From contig OY730476.1 of NCBI GenBank assembly GCA_963422735.1, positions 1,216,001-1,280,000 of the forward strand: DNA of 64,000 bases, given 5' to 3'. The stretch is from Candidatus Latescibacterota bacterium (GTDB taxonomy: Bacteria; Latescibacterota; UBA2968; UBA8231). Below are positions 22,275 to 32,433 of the stretch, piece by piece (position 1 is the first letter of the stretch; each line of letters opens with the position of its first letter). The notes under the pieces were generated by a model. That model had not been told where the DNA came from. It saw nothing but the letters and a program-made list of their open reading frames with translations, and ran no database searches. Position numbers and translations under genes: made by a program.

Positions 22275-25200
22275 TTAGCTACTATCTGGGCCTGCAGCTG
22301 CTACCCCCGTCCCCTGCGCCAGCTTGTCTCCTTCAATCGAGTACTCTTCCCGCACCTCGGGTGCAATCGTCCGCCAGACCAAGAAACGCTTGCGCAGCAC
22401 GTTGAGAAAGCTGGTGTTGAGCCGCTGCCAGCTCACCACATCGCCGCTTATGCGCTGCAAGTGCATCTCAATGCGGTAAATACCCGGAATGTCCTCGGTC
22501 GGCAAGGTGCGCAAAAATACCCGCTGGCTCACCCCCAAGTCGTAGGGCGCGAGCCACACCATCAGCTCCAGCAGATAGACTGGCTGCGCACCGCCCCGCT
22601 CCAAGTGGAAATCCACGCCCTCGGTCATAAAGTCGCCCACCGACCCCTCGCCATACGACGAGAAGACCCGGTGCAAATACGCGCACGAGCCCAAGGCATC
22701 GCCCTTACCCAGCGTAAAGGGGAAATCGAAGCGCCAGTCGTCGCCATCGGGCGGGGGAAACTCCCAGCGTCGCGTCACGTCGGGCACGGCCATGGCGGCG
22801 GCCTTGCGCGCTGGATACAGGGTCGAGAGCACCACCACCACCATCACGATCAAGGTCGAGAAAATCGCCGAGAGCGACGAGTAATTGAGAAACATCCCGC
22901 CCAAGAGCGCGTAGTGCGCCATCAGCAACGTCGTCGTCTGCCCTACCAAATAGCCCAGCACCGCGCCGACGATGGCAAACACGAGGGCCTCGGCGATGAA
23001 GAGCGCGGCAATGTGACTTGGTGCCAGCCCCACCGACGAGTACACCCCGATTTCGCCGGAGCGCTCGTACACAGCCCCGAGCATGGTGTTGAGCACGATT
23101 AGCGAGGCGATCAACAAGGGCACGAAGAGATTGCCAATCCCGGCCAAGGACGCCGATCCCATGGACGTGTACACTCGCACGCGCTCGTCAGCACCGACAA
23201 AAAGCGGCACCGCCACCCGCGACACGAATTCCTCAACCTCGGCGAGCAAAGTCTCCCGATCGGCAAAACCAGCGATGGCAACAGAGCGCAGCGTACCGCC
23301 CAAATCGACGACCTGCTGGTAGGGCAAGAACGCCACGTTGTTGGCCAGCAGGTGGGTAAAGGTCTCAATCGCAGCCGTGTCCATCAGGCGCGGATCCAAA
23401 CCGGTCATTTCCTCCATCTTCTTGGCCTCGGCCACCGTGTCCACCGGCATTAGGCTCTCGTTGTCTAAGTCGCGCAGCCGGTCGATGGCCTCGCCGTCGA
23501 TTAAGCCAATAACTCGATAGGACCGCCCCATCAGCCATATCTGGGCCGTGCCCACATCTTCCGGGCCAATACCCAAAATCTCTGCCATAGCCACCGGCAG
23601 GACGCACACATCGCGCTCGCCATCTGCAAACCAACGGCTCGCCGGCCCCACCAACAACTCTTCTAGCCCCATCAGCGCGCCCTCGCCCGGGGTCACTCCG
23701 AGGATGGCCGAGGCAAAGCTCTTTTTTTGCGCCAGCTTGTGTTCGACGTCAATATAGGCCCGCTCGCCAATGACCTTAGAGGTCACCCACGACCTGGGCA
23801 GCACCTGCGCTTGGTCGCCAAACGCGCTCTCCGCATAGTCGAGCACCGATAGCTGCAAGCCCTTCCAGCCGCGGTCGCGCAGCAGGGCCCCCTCGTAGCT
23901 AGGCGCATTCGGACGGGGGATCTGATAGAACTTGAGATAGCTCTGCACCGAGGTGAAGGCCTGGGCGGTAAAGGTCAAAAGCGTCAGGGTTATGACCGTC
24001 AGCGCGGTGCGCAACTTGCGCTTGCGGAGGTTGGAAATCCCCAGCGACGCAGCCGCGGCCGTGGCACTGAGGCGACCAATGTCCGCTTCGTGGACGCCGG
24101 CGGTGGCCCGCTTGCGTTGGCCTACGGCGCGGGTGAAGCGGCCTAGGATCATCAGCAGGGCCGTGCCGCCAATGGCGAAGATAACGAAAGCTAAAAAGAT
24201 GATGTACGGCGATGAACTCAGCTTGAAGGCCGGGTGGATAAAACGCATGATGAGGAAAATCGCCAAGAAGAAAAACGCCGCGCCCGCCACTTGGCGGCGG
24301 ATGTCGGCAAAGCCGAAGAACAGCCGCTCGCAGCAAAACGAAAACGGCAGTAGCAACGCGAAGTAGAAAATCACCCCATAGACCGTGTCGTCCGCGGTTG
24401 ATTTAATATCTGGGTAGCCCCGCCCTTCGAGGCCCCACGCCTTGCGCGTGGCCCGCTTGAACTCGCTGTACCGCCGCGCCTGTAAATGCTCTTCGGCCTC
24501 CAACAAAGCTAAGCGCGCCTCTTCGTGCAGGCGCATGAACTTGTCGTTGCGCACTCCGTAGCGCGCCAACTGCTTGATCCGCACGTCGTCGAGCACCCAC
24601 ATGTCGCGCGCGGCCGCGTACCCGGGGCGCAGCACCACACCTTGATCCACGAGATAGCCGCGCCCGAGCGCTTGCTCTATCGTCGGCTCATCCACATCGG
24701 CCGGGCGCACCGGCTCAGCCACCCATTCGGCGGGCGCACCGCTGAGCAGATAGCGCACGCCGAAGAGGCTAGTGCTCATCAGGGCTTTGACCCGGGTGCC
24801 GGGCTGGGCGTACACTACGGAAGCAAGCGTTACCTTGCCCTCCTCATTGCTCTGCTTTTCGACAAAATCGGCCCCCCACGACTGCGGCACGCCGTCGCGC
24901 TCGTCGAGGACGGTCACGCGGTCCAAGACCGACAGGTAGCGCGAGTCAACGGTCTCGAACAGACTCAGCGCCCGGCACTCGAAGAGCACTTGCAGCATCT
25001 CGTTTTCCCACCAGCCCCACGGATGTACGGTCGGGTATGTCTCGTCGCCTTCCTGACCCATGTCCGGTGCTGAGATAATCGCGCCATAGAGATCGAGCTG
25101 GTACGCGCGGATGGCGTTGTCCAGCCGGTTGCGCATGATGTCGAAGCGGAAGCGGCCCGCGTCGTCGGCCTCTTGCGCGATCAAGGTGCGGACCCCACCG

Positions 25201-26894
25201 ACCGAATTCGGTCCGAGCTGCTGATAGGTCACCAGCGCTTGCGGCACCGGCTTTTTGGGCACGGCAAAATTGACGTCGCGGTCGAACCAATAGATCGCGC
25301 CCGCCAAGCTGTGGCCGTAGTCTTCCAACTCTAACTTGGTCGGCTTGAGCAGGTCGGCGTCGCGGCCAGCCCACGCCAACATAGCCGCGAGCGTCTGGAT
25401 CTGCCGAGTGAGGTTTTGCGCGTCCACGGCCTCCGGCAGGTCGAGCGGCGTGTCGATCCGCTCGCGTGCATCGTTGGCCGTAGCGAGGGCAAGGGCCTTC
25501 TGACCGACAAAGGCCGCGGCCTCGCTGGCAAAGGCGAGCGGGGTGGACATGAAGTTTTTCCACGTGCGCTTAGGAGGGGCAATGCCCTCGTAGTGGCGCG
25601 TGGTGTCGCCAAAAGTTTCTTCGACTGCGAGGCTTAGCCGCTTGGAATAGGGCGTCAACATGTATTTGACGTAGTTGTCGGTGCGCCACTTGGGATTGTA
25701 GAAGGTGCCCATCCCAAAGCTGGCCGTGCGGTCGGCGTGGCTCGACAGATCCAACGACAGCATCAGGTCGAAGTCGATGCGCTCGGCCGCGTTCATGCGT
25801 TCGCGGAAATAGTCGCTGCGGCGGCTGTGCCGGTAGAGGAAATCGTTGATCCCAGATAAGCCCTCAAAGTGCCCAGAGGTCGCCAAAAAGAGCACCGAGT
25901 AGTGAGGGCGATATTCTTTGAGCAGTTCCACTAGCTGGAGCAGGGCGACGATCCCGGCCGCGTTTTCCGCTCCGGGGGCGAGCGCAGGCACGACCGAGAT
26001 GGCGTCGTAATAGGCTTGAACGACGATGGTTTGATCCTTCCACGCCTGCGGCTTTTCTCGGCTCTTGGCCGGTAGCATCTCTGGCGACCCAGGCAGGTAG
26101 CCATACACGTTATGCGCTTCCACGCCCTCCCAATCCATCCGCGCATCTAGGTGGACGGCGACCGGCCCGTCTTGCAGGCGCACCAACAGGTCGAGCGCGT
26201 CTTGTCGCTCGAGCCAAAATCGCGGGATGTCAACCGGCACCTTGAGGAACTTGTCGGCGGCCTGCTCGCGGTTGACGCGGCCGTTGTCGAAGAAGACAAT
26301 GGCCTTGGCCCCCAGCGATGCGGCGTGGAGGTAATTTTGGCCGCTGGCAAAGTCCAAGAGCACGACACTGCCCTGCACGGGCTGGCCATCCAATAATTCG
26401 AGTGCCCCATCCCCTCCATAGATCAGCGGGCCGCGCACACCGTCCGGCCCCAGCGAAGACGTGCGCACCCCATTGGGCCACAAGCTGTAAAGCCGCTTAC
26501 TATCGCCGCCTTGCACCACCAACTCGCCGCCGCGATCTATGGGCACGGCCACTTTAAATGCCTCGCTCTGTACGTCTTCCAGCCCCAACGCAGCAAATCG
26601 CTGGCGCACGTAATCGCGGGCCTGCCGCTCCCCCGCATAACCCGGCACTCGCGAGCCGAAGGCCGCAAAGCGCGCGATCTCAGCGGCAATGCCCGCCTCG
26701 TCAATGCCGGCGACTAGGGCGCGAAGCTGGGCGGCCTGTGCGGGATCGACCATGCGCGCCTCTACAGGCGGGTCGGGTGCCCAGCCGAAAAAATCGTTTA
26801 CCGCTCGATTGACCGCTCCCGGATCGCCGAAACCAACGATCACTATCAAGGCGGCGGCGAATAGCAACAAAAACGCATTGAGTACTTTGGCCAT
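22275..26894 (-). CDS. Large membrane protein: M28-like/PA extracytoplasmic domain plus FtsX/MacB-like permease
   Basis: ATG at 26894 ('MAKVLNAFLLL'). The M28-like segment is 'VVQAYYDAISVVPALAPGAENAAG...LFLATSGHFEGL'. FtsX motifs are 'SNLRKRKLRTALT' and 'NTMLGAVYERSGEIGVYSSVGLAP'. Confidence 0.82.
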   Translation of the reverse strand: MAKVLNAFLLLFAAALIVIVGFGDPGAVNRAVNDFFGWAPDPPVEARMVDPAQAAQLRALVAGIDEAGIAAEIARFAAFGSRVPGYAGERQARDYVRQRFAALGLEDVQSEAFKVAVPIDRGGELVVQGGDSKRLYSLWPNGVRTSSLGPDGVRGPLIYGGDGALELLDGQPVQGSVVLLDFASGQNYLHAASLGAKAIVFFDNGRVNREQAADKFLKVPVDIPRFWLERQDALDLLVRLQDGPVAVHLDARMDWEGVEAHNVYGYLPGSPEMLPAKSREKPQAWKDQTIVVQAYYDAISVVPALAPGAENAAGIVALLQLVELLKEYRPHYSVLFLATSGHFEGLSGINDFLYRHSRRSDYFRERMNAAERIDFDLMLSLDLSSHADRTASFGMGTFYNPKWRTDNYVKYMLTPYSKRLSLAVEETFGDTTRHYEGIAPPKRTWKNFMSTPLAFASEAAAFVGQKALALATANDARERIDTPLDLPEAVDAQNLTRQIQTLAAMLAWAGRDADLLKPTKLELEDYGHSLAGAIYWFDRDVNFAVPKKPVPQALVTYQQLGPNSVGGVRTLIAQEADDAGRFRFDIMRNRLDNAIRAYQLDLYGAIISAPDMGQEGDETYPTVHPWGWWENEMLQVLFECRALSLFETVDSRYLSVLDRVTVLDERDGVPQSWGADFVEKQSNEEGKVTLASVVYAQPGTRVKALMSTSLFGVRYLLSGAPAEWVAEPVRPADVDEPTIEQALGRGYLVDQGVVLRPGYAAARDMWVLDDVRIKQLARYGVRNDKFMRLHEEARLALLEAEEHLQARRYSEFKRATRKAWGLEGRGYPDIKSTADDTVYGVIFYFALLLPFSFCCERLFFGFADIRRQVAGAAFFFLAIFLIMRFIHPAFKLSSSPYIIFLAFVIFAIGGTALLMILGRFTRAVGQRKRATAGVHEADIGRLSATAAAASLGISNLRKRKLRTALTVITLTLLTFTAQAFTSVQSYLKFYQIPRPNAPSYEGALLRDRGWKGLQLSVLDYAESAFGDQAQVLPRSWVTSKVIGERAYIDVEHKLAQKKSFASAILGVTPGEGALMGLEELLVGPASRWFADGERDVCVLPVAMAEILGIGPEDVGTAQIWLMGRSYRVIGLIDGEAIDRLRDLDNESLMPVDTVAEAKKMEEMTGLDPRLMDTAAIETFTHLLANNVAFLPYQQVVDLGGTLRSVAIAGFADRETLLAEVEEFVSRVAVPLFVGADERVRVYTSMGSASLAGIGNLFVPLLIASLIVLNTMLGAVYERSGEIGVYSSVGLAPSHIAALFIAEALVFAIVGAVLGYLVGQTTTLLMAHYALLGGMFLNYSSLSAIFSTLIVMVVVVLSTLYPARKAAAMAVPDVTRRWEFPPPDGDDWRFDFPFTLGKGDALGSCAYLHRVFSSYGEGSVGDFMTEGVDFHLERGGAQPVYLLELMVWLAPYDLGVSQRVFLRTLPTEDIPGIYRIEMHLQRISGDVVSWQRLNTSFLNVLRKRFLVWRTIAPEVREEYSIEGDKLAQGTGVAAAGPDSS

Positions 26895-26958
26895 GAAATT
26901 TGCTTTGTCTGTGGAATGGGACGAGCGGCTGTCAAGATATAGCATCGGCGGGGGGGGT

Positions 26959-28863
26959 TCAACCGTGAAAGTACGCATGCCCTCTGCCCATGAACCAGAA
27001 GATATCCACCAAATACGACAACCCAATTCCCAAGAAATATCCGGCGATCAACCCCATAAAAAACGGCCGCGCTCGGCGGTACGCCGCGATCCCACCATAG
27101 CGCATAATCGCGCTCTTGGCCACCCACGCCAGAAAGACCGAAAACGCAATGAGTCGGGTCATCCACAGCGGGGCTACCGCAATGCCCACCGGATGCAGGG
27201 GCCACCAGTGAAAGCGATACTGGAGGATGGCCAAAATTGAGTACACCACCATTCCGATCCCAAAGTAGGACAGCTTGTTCCAGTCGGTCGGCCAAGGATC
27301 GTTGAAGTGGCGGATCACCCCGTTGTACGCCATGCCGCCGGCACCACCGCCAGCGATAAAATACCAAGAGCCAAAATTGCCCGCGCCGTATTTGTAGCAC
27401 AGCGAGAGAATAAAATAAAGACAGGTAGTGAAGCCCACGACCGCGGCCATGCCCAGCGCCAAGGCCATGGGCCGGCGAATCCGGTACAGTTCGCCGAGTC
27501 GTGCGCCGTGCGCCGCCGCCGGCATAAAGAGCGATTGCACATCCCCAAACCAAGTGTAGGAAACCCCCAGCGCCACCAAATTGTGCCCCCCGATCCCCGT
27601 GCCGGTTATCGCCAGCGCAAAAGCCTGAGCACCTATCGGCGGCGTTAAAAAATAGACTCCGGCCTGTACCACCAAGCGCGTGATCCCGTAGTAGGCGACC
27701 AACACGCCAAAAACAAAAAGCGCGGCAATGTGAAGATCCATCCCAGACCGCCACAACCAGCCGAGGATATAGACTAACGCGGCAATGAATCCGCAAACTG
27801 CCGTGCGATAGGAAACCATTTCCTCGCGGTCGTCTATAGTCCGCCGTCCGCCCAAGGCTTGGCGCACGACCGCCACTAGATGGCCCCGCGCCATCCACAA
27901 GCTCAGCAGCACCATCGCCGTAAATCCGCCCCAAGCCTGCCAAGAAAGCGACTGCATCCCCCAAACAAAAGCATCGGGCCGCGTCACGTCGTAGCCGATG
28001 CGATTGGTAATCCCCTCTTGCACCACAGCCACCAAATAAAAGAACAGGATGCTGAACGAGACGCTGGTGTTGACTAGGTACATAAAGCCGATTACCGGGA
28101 AGTAGAGCATTAGGCTGATGGTGGGAAACTCCCGGCTCAGTTGCAGATTGATGGCGTGGTTGAAGTTGATTTTGGGAAAGCCGATGTAGAACGAACCAAT
28201 GATATTGAAGAGGATCATCCCCAGTGGGATCGCCGCGCCGATCCAAAACCCCTTAGAGCGCACGATCTCCCGCCCGTCGTCGTCGATCAGCAGCCGCGGC
28301 ATCTCCATCAGTGGAAAGACCAGCCGCTCGTGCTCGACCCACTGGCGGCGAAAGATCACCACCAAGCAGAAGCAGGCAAAGTACACGGTCAAGATCAGAC
28401 TCAATAGCCAAAACAGCGGCCCGATCCAGACCTCAAACGGCAGGGCTTGGCCCTTGGGCAGTCCCTCGTAGAACCAGCGCATGGCGTCGCCGTCGGCGCG
28501 GGGTACGACCCAATCGGGCAGGTAGGGGTGGATGTTGCCCGCCCAGTCGTTTTCCGGGGTGGCTCCATAGTACGGCGATGAAATGATCGCCAGCAAGGTT
28601 CCGACGATAAAAGTCGGAATCCCGGTCGCCGCCAAGCCCATAATCACAATGGTAGCCAACTCGGCGGGCCGCAACGCCGAGGTAGGCCGCATCCACCGCA
28701 CCAGCGCATTCGCCAGCAAAATCACCACAAAGCAAAAACCGGCGCTAGTCGGAAAATACGACCAAGTAATCTCCGAAGAGCGCACCATCCAAATCGAATA
28801 GGGTGCCCCCATGACAATGGCCATCACAACCACAATGCCCAACACAGCCGAACGAAAAGTCAA
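26959..28863 (-). CDS. Polytopic membrane protein, DUF6785/DUF6784-like
   Basis: 634 aa with many TM segments. Motifs 'LRPAELATI', 'RRQWVEHERLVFPL' and 'RFHWWPLHPVG...RYGG..YRRARPFFMGLIAG'. Confidence 0.78.
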   Translation of the reverse strand: MTFRSAVLGIVVVMAIVMGAPYSIWMVRSSEITWSYFPTSAGFCFVVILLANALVRWMRPTSALRPAELATIVIMGLAATGIPTFIVGTLLAIISSPYYGATPENDWAGNIHPYLPDWVVPRADGDAMRWFYEGLPKGQALPFEVWIGPLFWLLSLILTVYFACFCLVVIFRRQWVEHERLVFPLMEMPRLLIDDDGREIVRSKGFWIGAAIPLGMILFNIIGSFYIGFPKINFNHAINLQLSREFPTISLMLYFPVIGFMYLVNTSVSFSILFFYLVAVVQEGITNRIGYDVTRPDAFVWGMQSLSWQAWGGFTAMVLLSLWMARGHLVAVVRQALGGRRTIDDREEMVSYRTAVCGFIAALVYILGWLWRSGMDLHIAALFVFGVLVAYYGITRLVVQAGVYFLTPPIGAQAFALAITGTGIGGHNLVALGVSYTWFGDVQSLFMPAAAHGARLGELYRIRRPMALALGMAAVVGFTTCLYFILSLCYKYGAGNFGSWYFIAGGGAGGMAYNGVIRHFNDPWPTDWNKLSYFGIGMVVYSILAILQYRFHWWPLHPVGIAVAPLWMTRLIAFSVFLAWVAKSAIMRYGGIAAYRRARPFFMGLIAGYFLGIGLSYLVDIFWFMGRGHAYFHG

Positions 28864-29033
28864 GTTATATCATCCCTGTGCAAGCGATAATTTACATCGC
28901 GCATTTTTTTTCGGAATTTCCTAGTGTACGGTTGGGCATTCAGGCTTCACTCGGTATGCCCGTAGCCCTCGTCCCGGCCAGCGCGGTCCCCCGCGTCAAT
29001 GTTCCGGGACCAGTCGCCAAGGGGGCGGATGGG

Positions 29034-29117
29034 ACTAACCACTAACCACTAACCACTAACCACTGACCACTAACCACTGACCACTAACCACTAACCACTA
29101 ACCACTGACCACTGATT
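29034..29117. repeat. Heptamer tandem array (ACTRACC)x12 in the divergent intergenic region
   Basis: Read directly: 8 ACTAACC, 3 ACTGACC and a terminal ACTGATT. Confidence 0.93.
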
Positions 29118-29339
29118 AAACAGTCCTTATTCCAGGAAAGTCCATTTTTTATATATTTACTGCTTAGCATCAACGTACTGAGTGATATTACACACCGTTC
29201 AAGCGTTATCCGTGTACGACGTCCATTACTTGACTGACCTACGCAGTGCTTGGTCGCGGACGCTGCGGTATCGGCGGGCGAGAGGCCGAGTGAGACCACG
29301 CCATTTTGCGGCAAACTGCGTAACGTCCATTCTTTGACT

Positions 29340-30518
29340 ATGTCCACTAACTGCCTCATGTCCCTTATCCTCGCCCTGCTGCTGACGGCTTGTTCTAAGA
29401 GCACCGGCCCGGATAGCAGCCCGCAAGCCCTCTGCACAGATGTGCCCGGCACCATCTGCACTTGGGCCGGCACGGGCGAAGCCGGCTTCAATGGCGACGG
29501 CCAGCCGCTGCTGGCCTCCTCCCTCTACTGGCCCATCGATCTTACCTTCGCCCCCTCGGGCCGGATCTACCTCCTCGACTGGAACAACCACCGCGTGCGC
29601 CGCGTGACCCCGGAGGGCACTCTCGTCACCGTCATTGGCACGGACTTCGTCGGCGACGGCCCCTACGACGAATCCGACCAAGTGCCTCCTGGTGCGCCCG
29701 GCACCGAGGTCCACCTCAACCATCCGACCCATCTTCTACCACTGGCCAACGGGACGCTGCTGCTAACCGCTTGGCACAATCACAAGCTGCGCCTCTACGA
29801 CCCGCAGACCGGGCTTGTCCAAGTCATCTGCGGGGCAGGCCCGGGGTTTGCCGGCGACGGCGGTCCGGCCCGCGATGCACTCCTAAGCCAGCCGCCGCAG
29901 ACGGTCTTAGGCCCTGACGGCGGGCTGTACATCCTCGACCAGCGCAATCAACGAGTGCGCAAAATAGATCCCGACGGCATTATCACTACCGTCGTAGGCA
30001 CCGGCGCGGCCGGATTTGCCGGCGATGGCGGCAGCCCGCGCGACGCCCAACTACACATGCCCGCCGGGGCCAACCCGCCGCCGGCCGGGGGCTTGACTTT
30101 TGGTCCGCAGGGCCGACTCTATATTGCCGACGCCCTCAACCACCGCATCCGCCGCGTTGACTTCGACCGCGGGCGGATCGAAACGGTGGCTGGCACGGGC
30201 GCGACGAATTTCTCCGGCGATGGCGGACCGGCCCTCGGCACAGCCTTCAACAACCCGCGCGACTTGGCCTTTGGTCCCGATGGCCGGCTCTACATTGCCG
30301 ACGAATTTAACCACCGCATCCGCGCCCTCGATCTAGCGACCAGCACCATTGAGACCGTTGTCGGCAGCGGCGAAGAAGGCTTTGCTGGCGACGGCGGACC
30401 GGCCATCAGTGCAGCTCTCAACCGACCGGCCGGGCTCGACTTTGACCCGCTGGGCCGACTCTATGTCGCCGACACATACAACCACCGCATCCGCCGCGTC
30501 GTCTTGCTAACACCATGA
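29340..30518 (+). CDS. NHL-repeat (teneurin-like beta-propeller) lipoprotein
   Basis: Lipobox 'LLLTAC'. Repeated 'GFAGDGGPA...L..P......DGRLYIAD..NHRIRR'. Confidence 0.88.
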   Translation: MSTNCLMSLILALLLTACSKSTGPDSSPQALCTDVPGTICTWAGTGEAGFNGDGQPLLASSLYWPIDLTFAPSGRIYLLDWNNHRVRRVTPEGTLVTVIGTDFVGDGPYDESDQVPPGAPGTEVHLNHPTHLLPLANGTLLLTAWHNHKLRLYDPQTGLVQVICGAGPGFAGDGGPARDALLSQPPQTVLGPDGGLYILDQRNQRVRKIDPDGIITTVVGTGAAGFAGDGGSPRDAQLHMPAGANPPPAGGLTFGPQGRLYIADALNHRIRRVDFDRGRIETVAGTGATNFSGDGGPALGTAFNNPRDLAFGPDGRLYIADEFNHRIRALDLATSTIETVVGSGEEGFAGDGGPAISAALNRPAGLDFDPLGRLYVADTYNHRIRRVVLLTP

Positions 30519-31639
30519 TCTATCTAGCGGTCTTGTTCATCGCCCTGTCCGCCTGTGGGGAAGCACCCACTGGCCCCGGCGGCTCCTACGGACGCATCGA
30601 AACCTTTGCTGGCACCGGCGACGCTGGTCTAGGCCCCGAAAAAGCGTCGCTGCGCCAAGCGCTCTTCTACCTGCCGCAGGACCTGACCTACGGCCCCGAC
30701 GGGCGGCTCTACATCCTCGACTGGAACAACCACCGCGTCCGCGTGGTTGCCAAAGACAGCGTCACCACCCTGATCGGCACCGGCGAACTCGGCGACGCCC
30801 CGGCCGGCCGGGCGCGCGAGATTGGCCTCAACCATCCGACCCACATCTCCTTTGACCCATTCGGACGCCTAGTGCTGTCGGCTTGGCACAATTCGATCAT
30901 CCTGCGCTACGACTTTGCCACCGATTATATCGAGCCGATCTGCGGCACCGGCGAGCGCACCTACAGCGGCGACGGCGGCCCTGCCACCCAAGCGACGGTC
31001 AACCTGCCCAGCTCTACCGCCTTCGACCCGCTCGGACGCATGTACATCTCCGACCAAGAAAACCAGCGCATCCGCAGGGTCGATATAGACGGTGCGATCT
31101 CCACGGTCGTCGGCACGGGCAAGCCGGGCTTTTCTGGCGACGGGGGGCCCGCCGACCAAGCCCGGATATACGCCCCGATAGGCCAAGCGGCCCCCCCCAC
31201 CAGCCGCATCGCCACCGACGAATTCGGCACGCTCTACATCGCCGACACCTTCAACAACCGCATCCGCAAAGTTGACGCAGCGACCGGCATCATCACCACC
31301 ATCGCCGGCAGTGGGGCCTTCCCGCCCATGACCGGCGGCGAGCGCGACGAGGGGGCCGCGGCGATCGACGTTTCGCTCTATTGGCCCTGCGACGTGGCCA
31401 TCGACTCGGAAGGGCGAGTCTTTGTAGCCGACACCTTCAACCACTGCGTACGCCGCATTGACCTCGACGGCACCATACGCACGGTGGCCGGTCAGTGCGG
31501 CAAATCCGGCGACAGCGGCGACGGCGGCCCTCCGCAGGCCGCCCTGCTCAACCGCCCCTACGGCATCGAACTCGACCCGGACGACAACCTCTACATCGCC
31601 GATACGCGCAACCACCGCATCCGCCTAGTGCCAAAATGA
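30515..31639 (+). CDS. NHL-repeat lipoprotein, paralog of the upstream gene
   Basis: ATGA overlap with the upstream gene. Lipobox 'IALSAC'. It shares 'LDWNNHRVR', 'LNHPTH' and 'AWHN' with the paralog. Confidence 0.88.
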   Translation: MIYLAVLFIALSACGEAPTGPGGSYGRIETFAGTGDAGLGPEKASLRQALFYLPQDLTYGPDGRLYILDWNNHRVRVVAKDSVTTLIGTGELGDAPAGRAREIGLNHPTHISFDPFGRLVLSAWHNSIILRYDFATDYIEPICGTGERTYSGDGGPATQATVNLPSSTAFDPLGRMYISDQENQRIRRVDIDGAISTVVGTGKPGFSGDGGPADQARIYAPIGQAAPPTSRIATDEFGTLYIADTFNNRIRKVDAATGIITTIAGSGAFPPMTGGERDEGAAAIDVSLYWPCDVAIDSEGRVFVADTFNHCVRRIDLDGTIRTVAGQCGKSGDSGDGGPPQAALLNRPYGIELDPDDNLYIADTRNHRIRLVPK

Positions 31640-31644
31640 AGACA

Positions 31645-32433
31645 CTACTCGTCGAGATTGCCCTCTATGACAATGCCTCCGGCCACTAGCTGTTCGGCAA
31701 GAATCTGCGCGGACCCGGTCGGCAGGCGAGCGTTGTTGGTGACGATCACGTCGGCCCCCACGTAGCGGACGCCGCGCAACCCGTCCAAGCTTTGCAGCGC
31801 ACCGTTGCTGCTGACTTCCAAAAAGTCTCGCACTCTAGCTAAGTAGTGCAGGCCCGTTAGGCTTTGCAGCGCGTCGTTGAACCAGATGTCCACGCTGCCT
31901 TCGATCTCCACGAGGTGCGGCATGTCCGTCAGGAACGCAAGCGACTCATTGCGGACGAGTGCCAAGCCCCCGCTAACAGAGACCAAATTCTCCAACCCTT
32001 TGAGCGAGCGCAGAGCCTTGTTTTCAAATATCAACAGCCCTTCCACTACGTGAGCAGCTTTGCCGGCCACGGGCGTAGGTAAGAGCGGTGGTGCGGTCGC
32101 CGGACCTAGCCCCGCTCCGACGCTTGCAAGCCCTTCCAGCCCGGCTAGGCTTTCCAAGCGGTCGTTAAACCAAATCTCGACGCTGCCCTCGACGCGCCTC
32201 AGCCCTTCCAAACCCGTCAGTGCAACTAAGCTGCTCCCGACGATCTGCAAGTCGCCGTCGATGATGTAAGCAGCGCCCCCTCTTTCTCCAAGAGCAGCGA
32301 TATCGGCCAGCGACGCAATGACAATGCCCTCTTCCAAGACGACCGGTGCTACCAGCCCTTTGCCACAGCCCGCCAGCGCGACGAGCAACGGCGCGATCGC
32401 CCGTTCAAAAATCCCGCGCACACCGAAACCCAA
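31645..32433 (-). CDS. Receptor-L-domain/LRR-like lipoprotein
   Basis: Lipobox 'VALAGC'. Repeats of about 25 aa such as 'LTGLEGLRRVEGSVEIWFNDRLESL' and 'LKGLENLVSVSGGLALVRNESL'. The start is uncertain (32433 or 32421). Confidence 0.75.
   Translation of the reverse strand: MGFGVRGIFERAIAPLLVALAGCGKGLVAPVVLEEGIVIASLADIAALGERGGAAYIIDGDLQIVGSSLVALTGLEGLRRVEGSVEIWFNDRLESLAGLEGLASVGAGLGPATAPPLLPTPVAGKAAHVVEGLLIFENKALRSLKGLENLVSVSGGLALVRNESLAFLTDMPHLVEIEGSVDIWFNDALQSLTGLHYLARVRDFLEVSSNGALQSLDGLRGVRYVGADVIVTNNARLPTGSAQILAEQLVAGGIVIEGNLDE

Noticed and set aside
26846-28246. 466-aa alternative-frame ORF, and similar long shadow ORFs (32318-33325, 42767-43747, 46845-47774, 62352-63329)
   Set aside because: They lie within or antisense to well-supported genes, have low-complexity Arg/Gly/Ala-rich composition and no motifs, and are expected in high-GC DNA.
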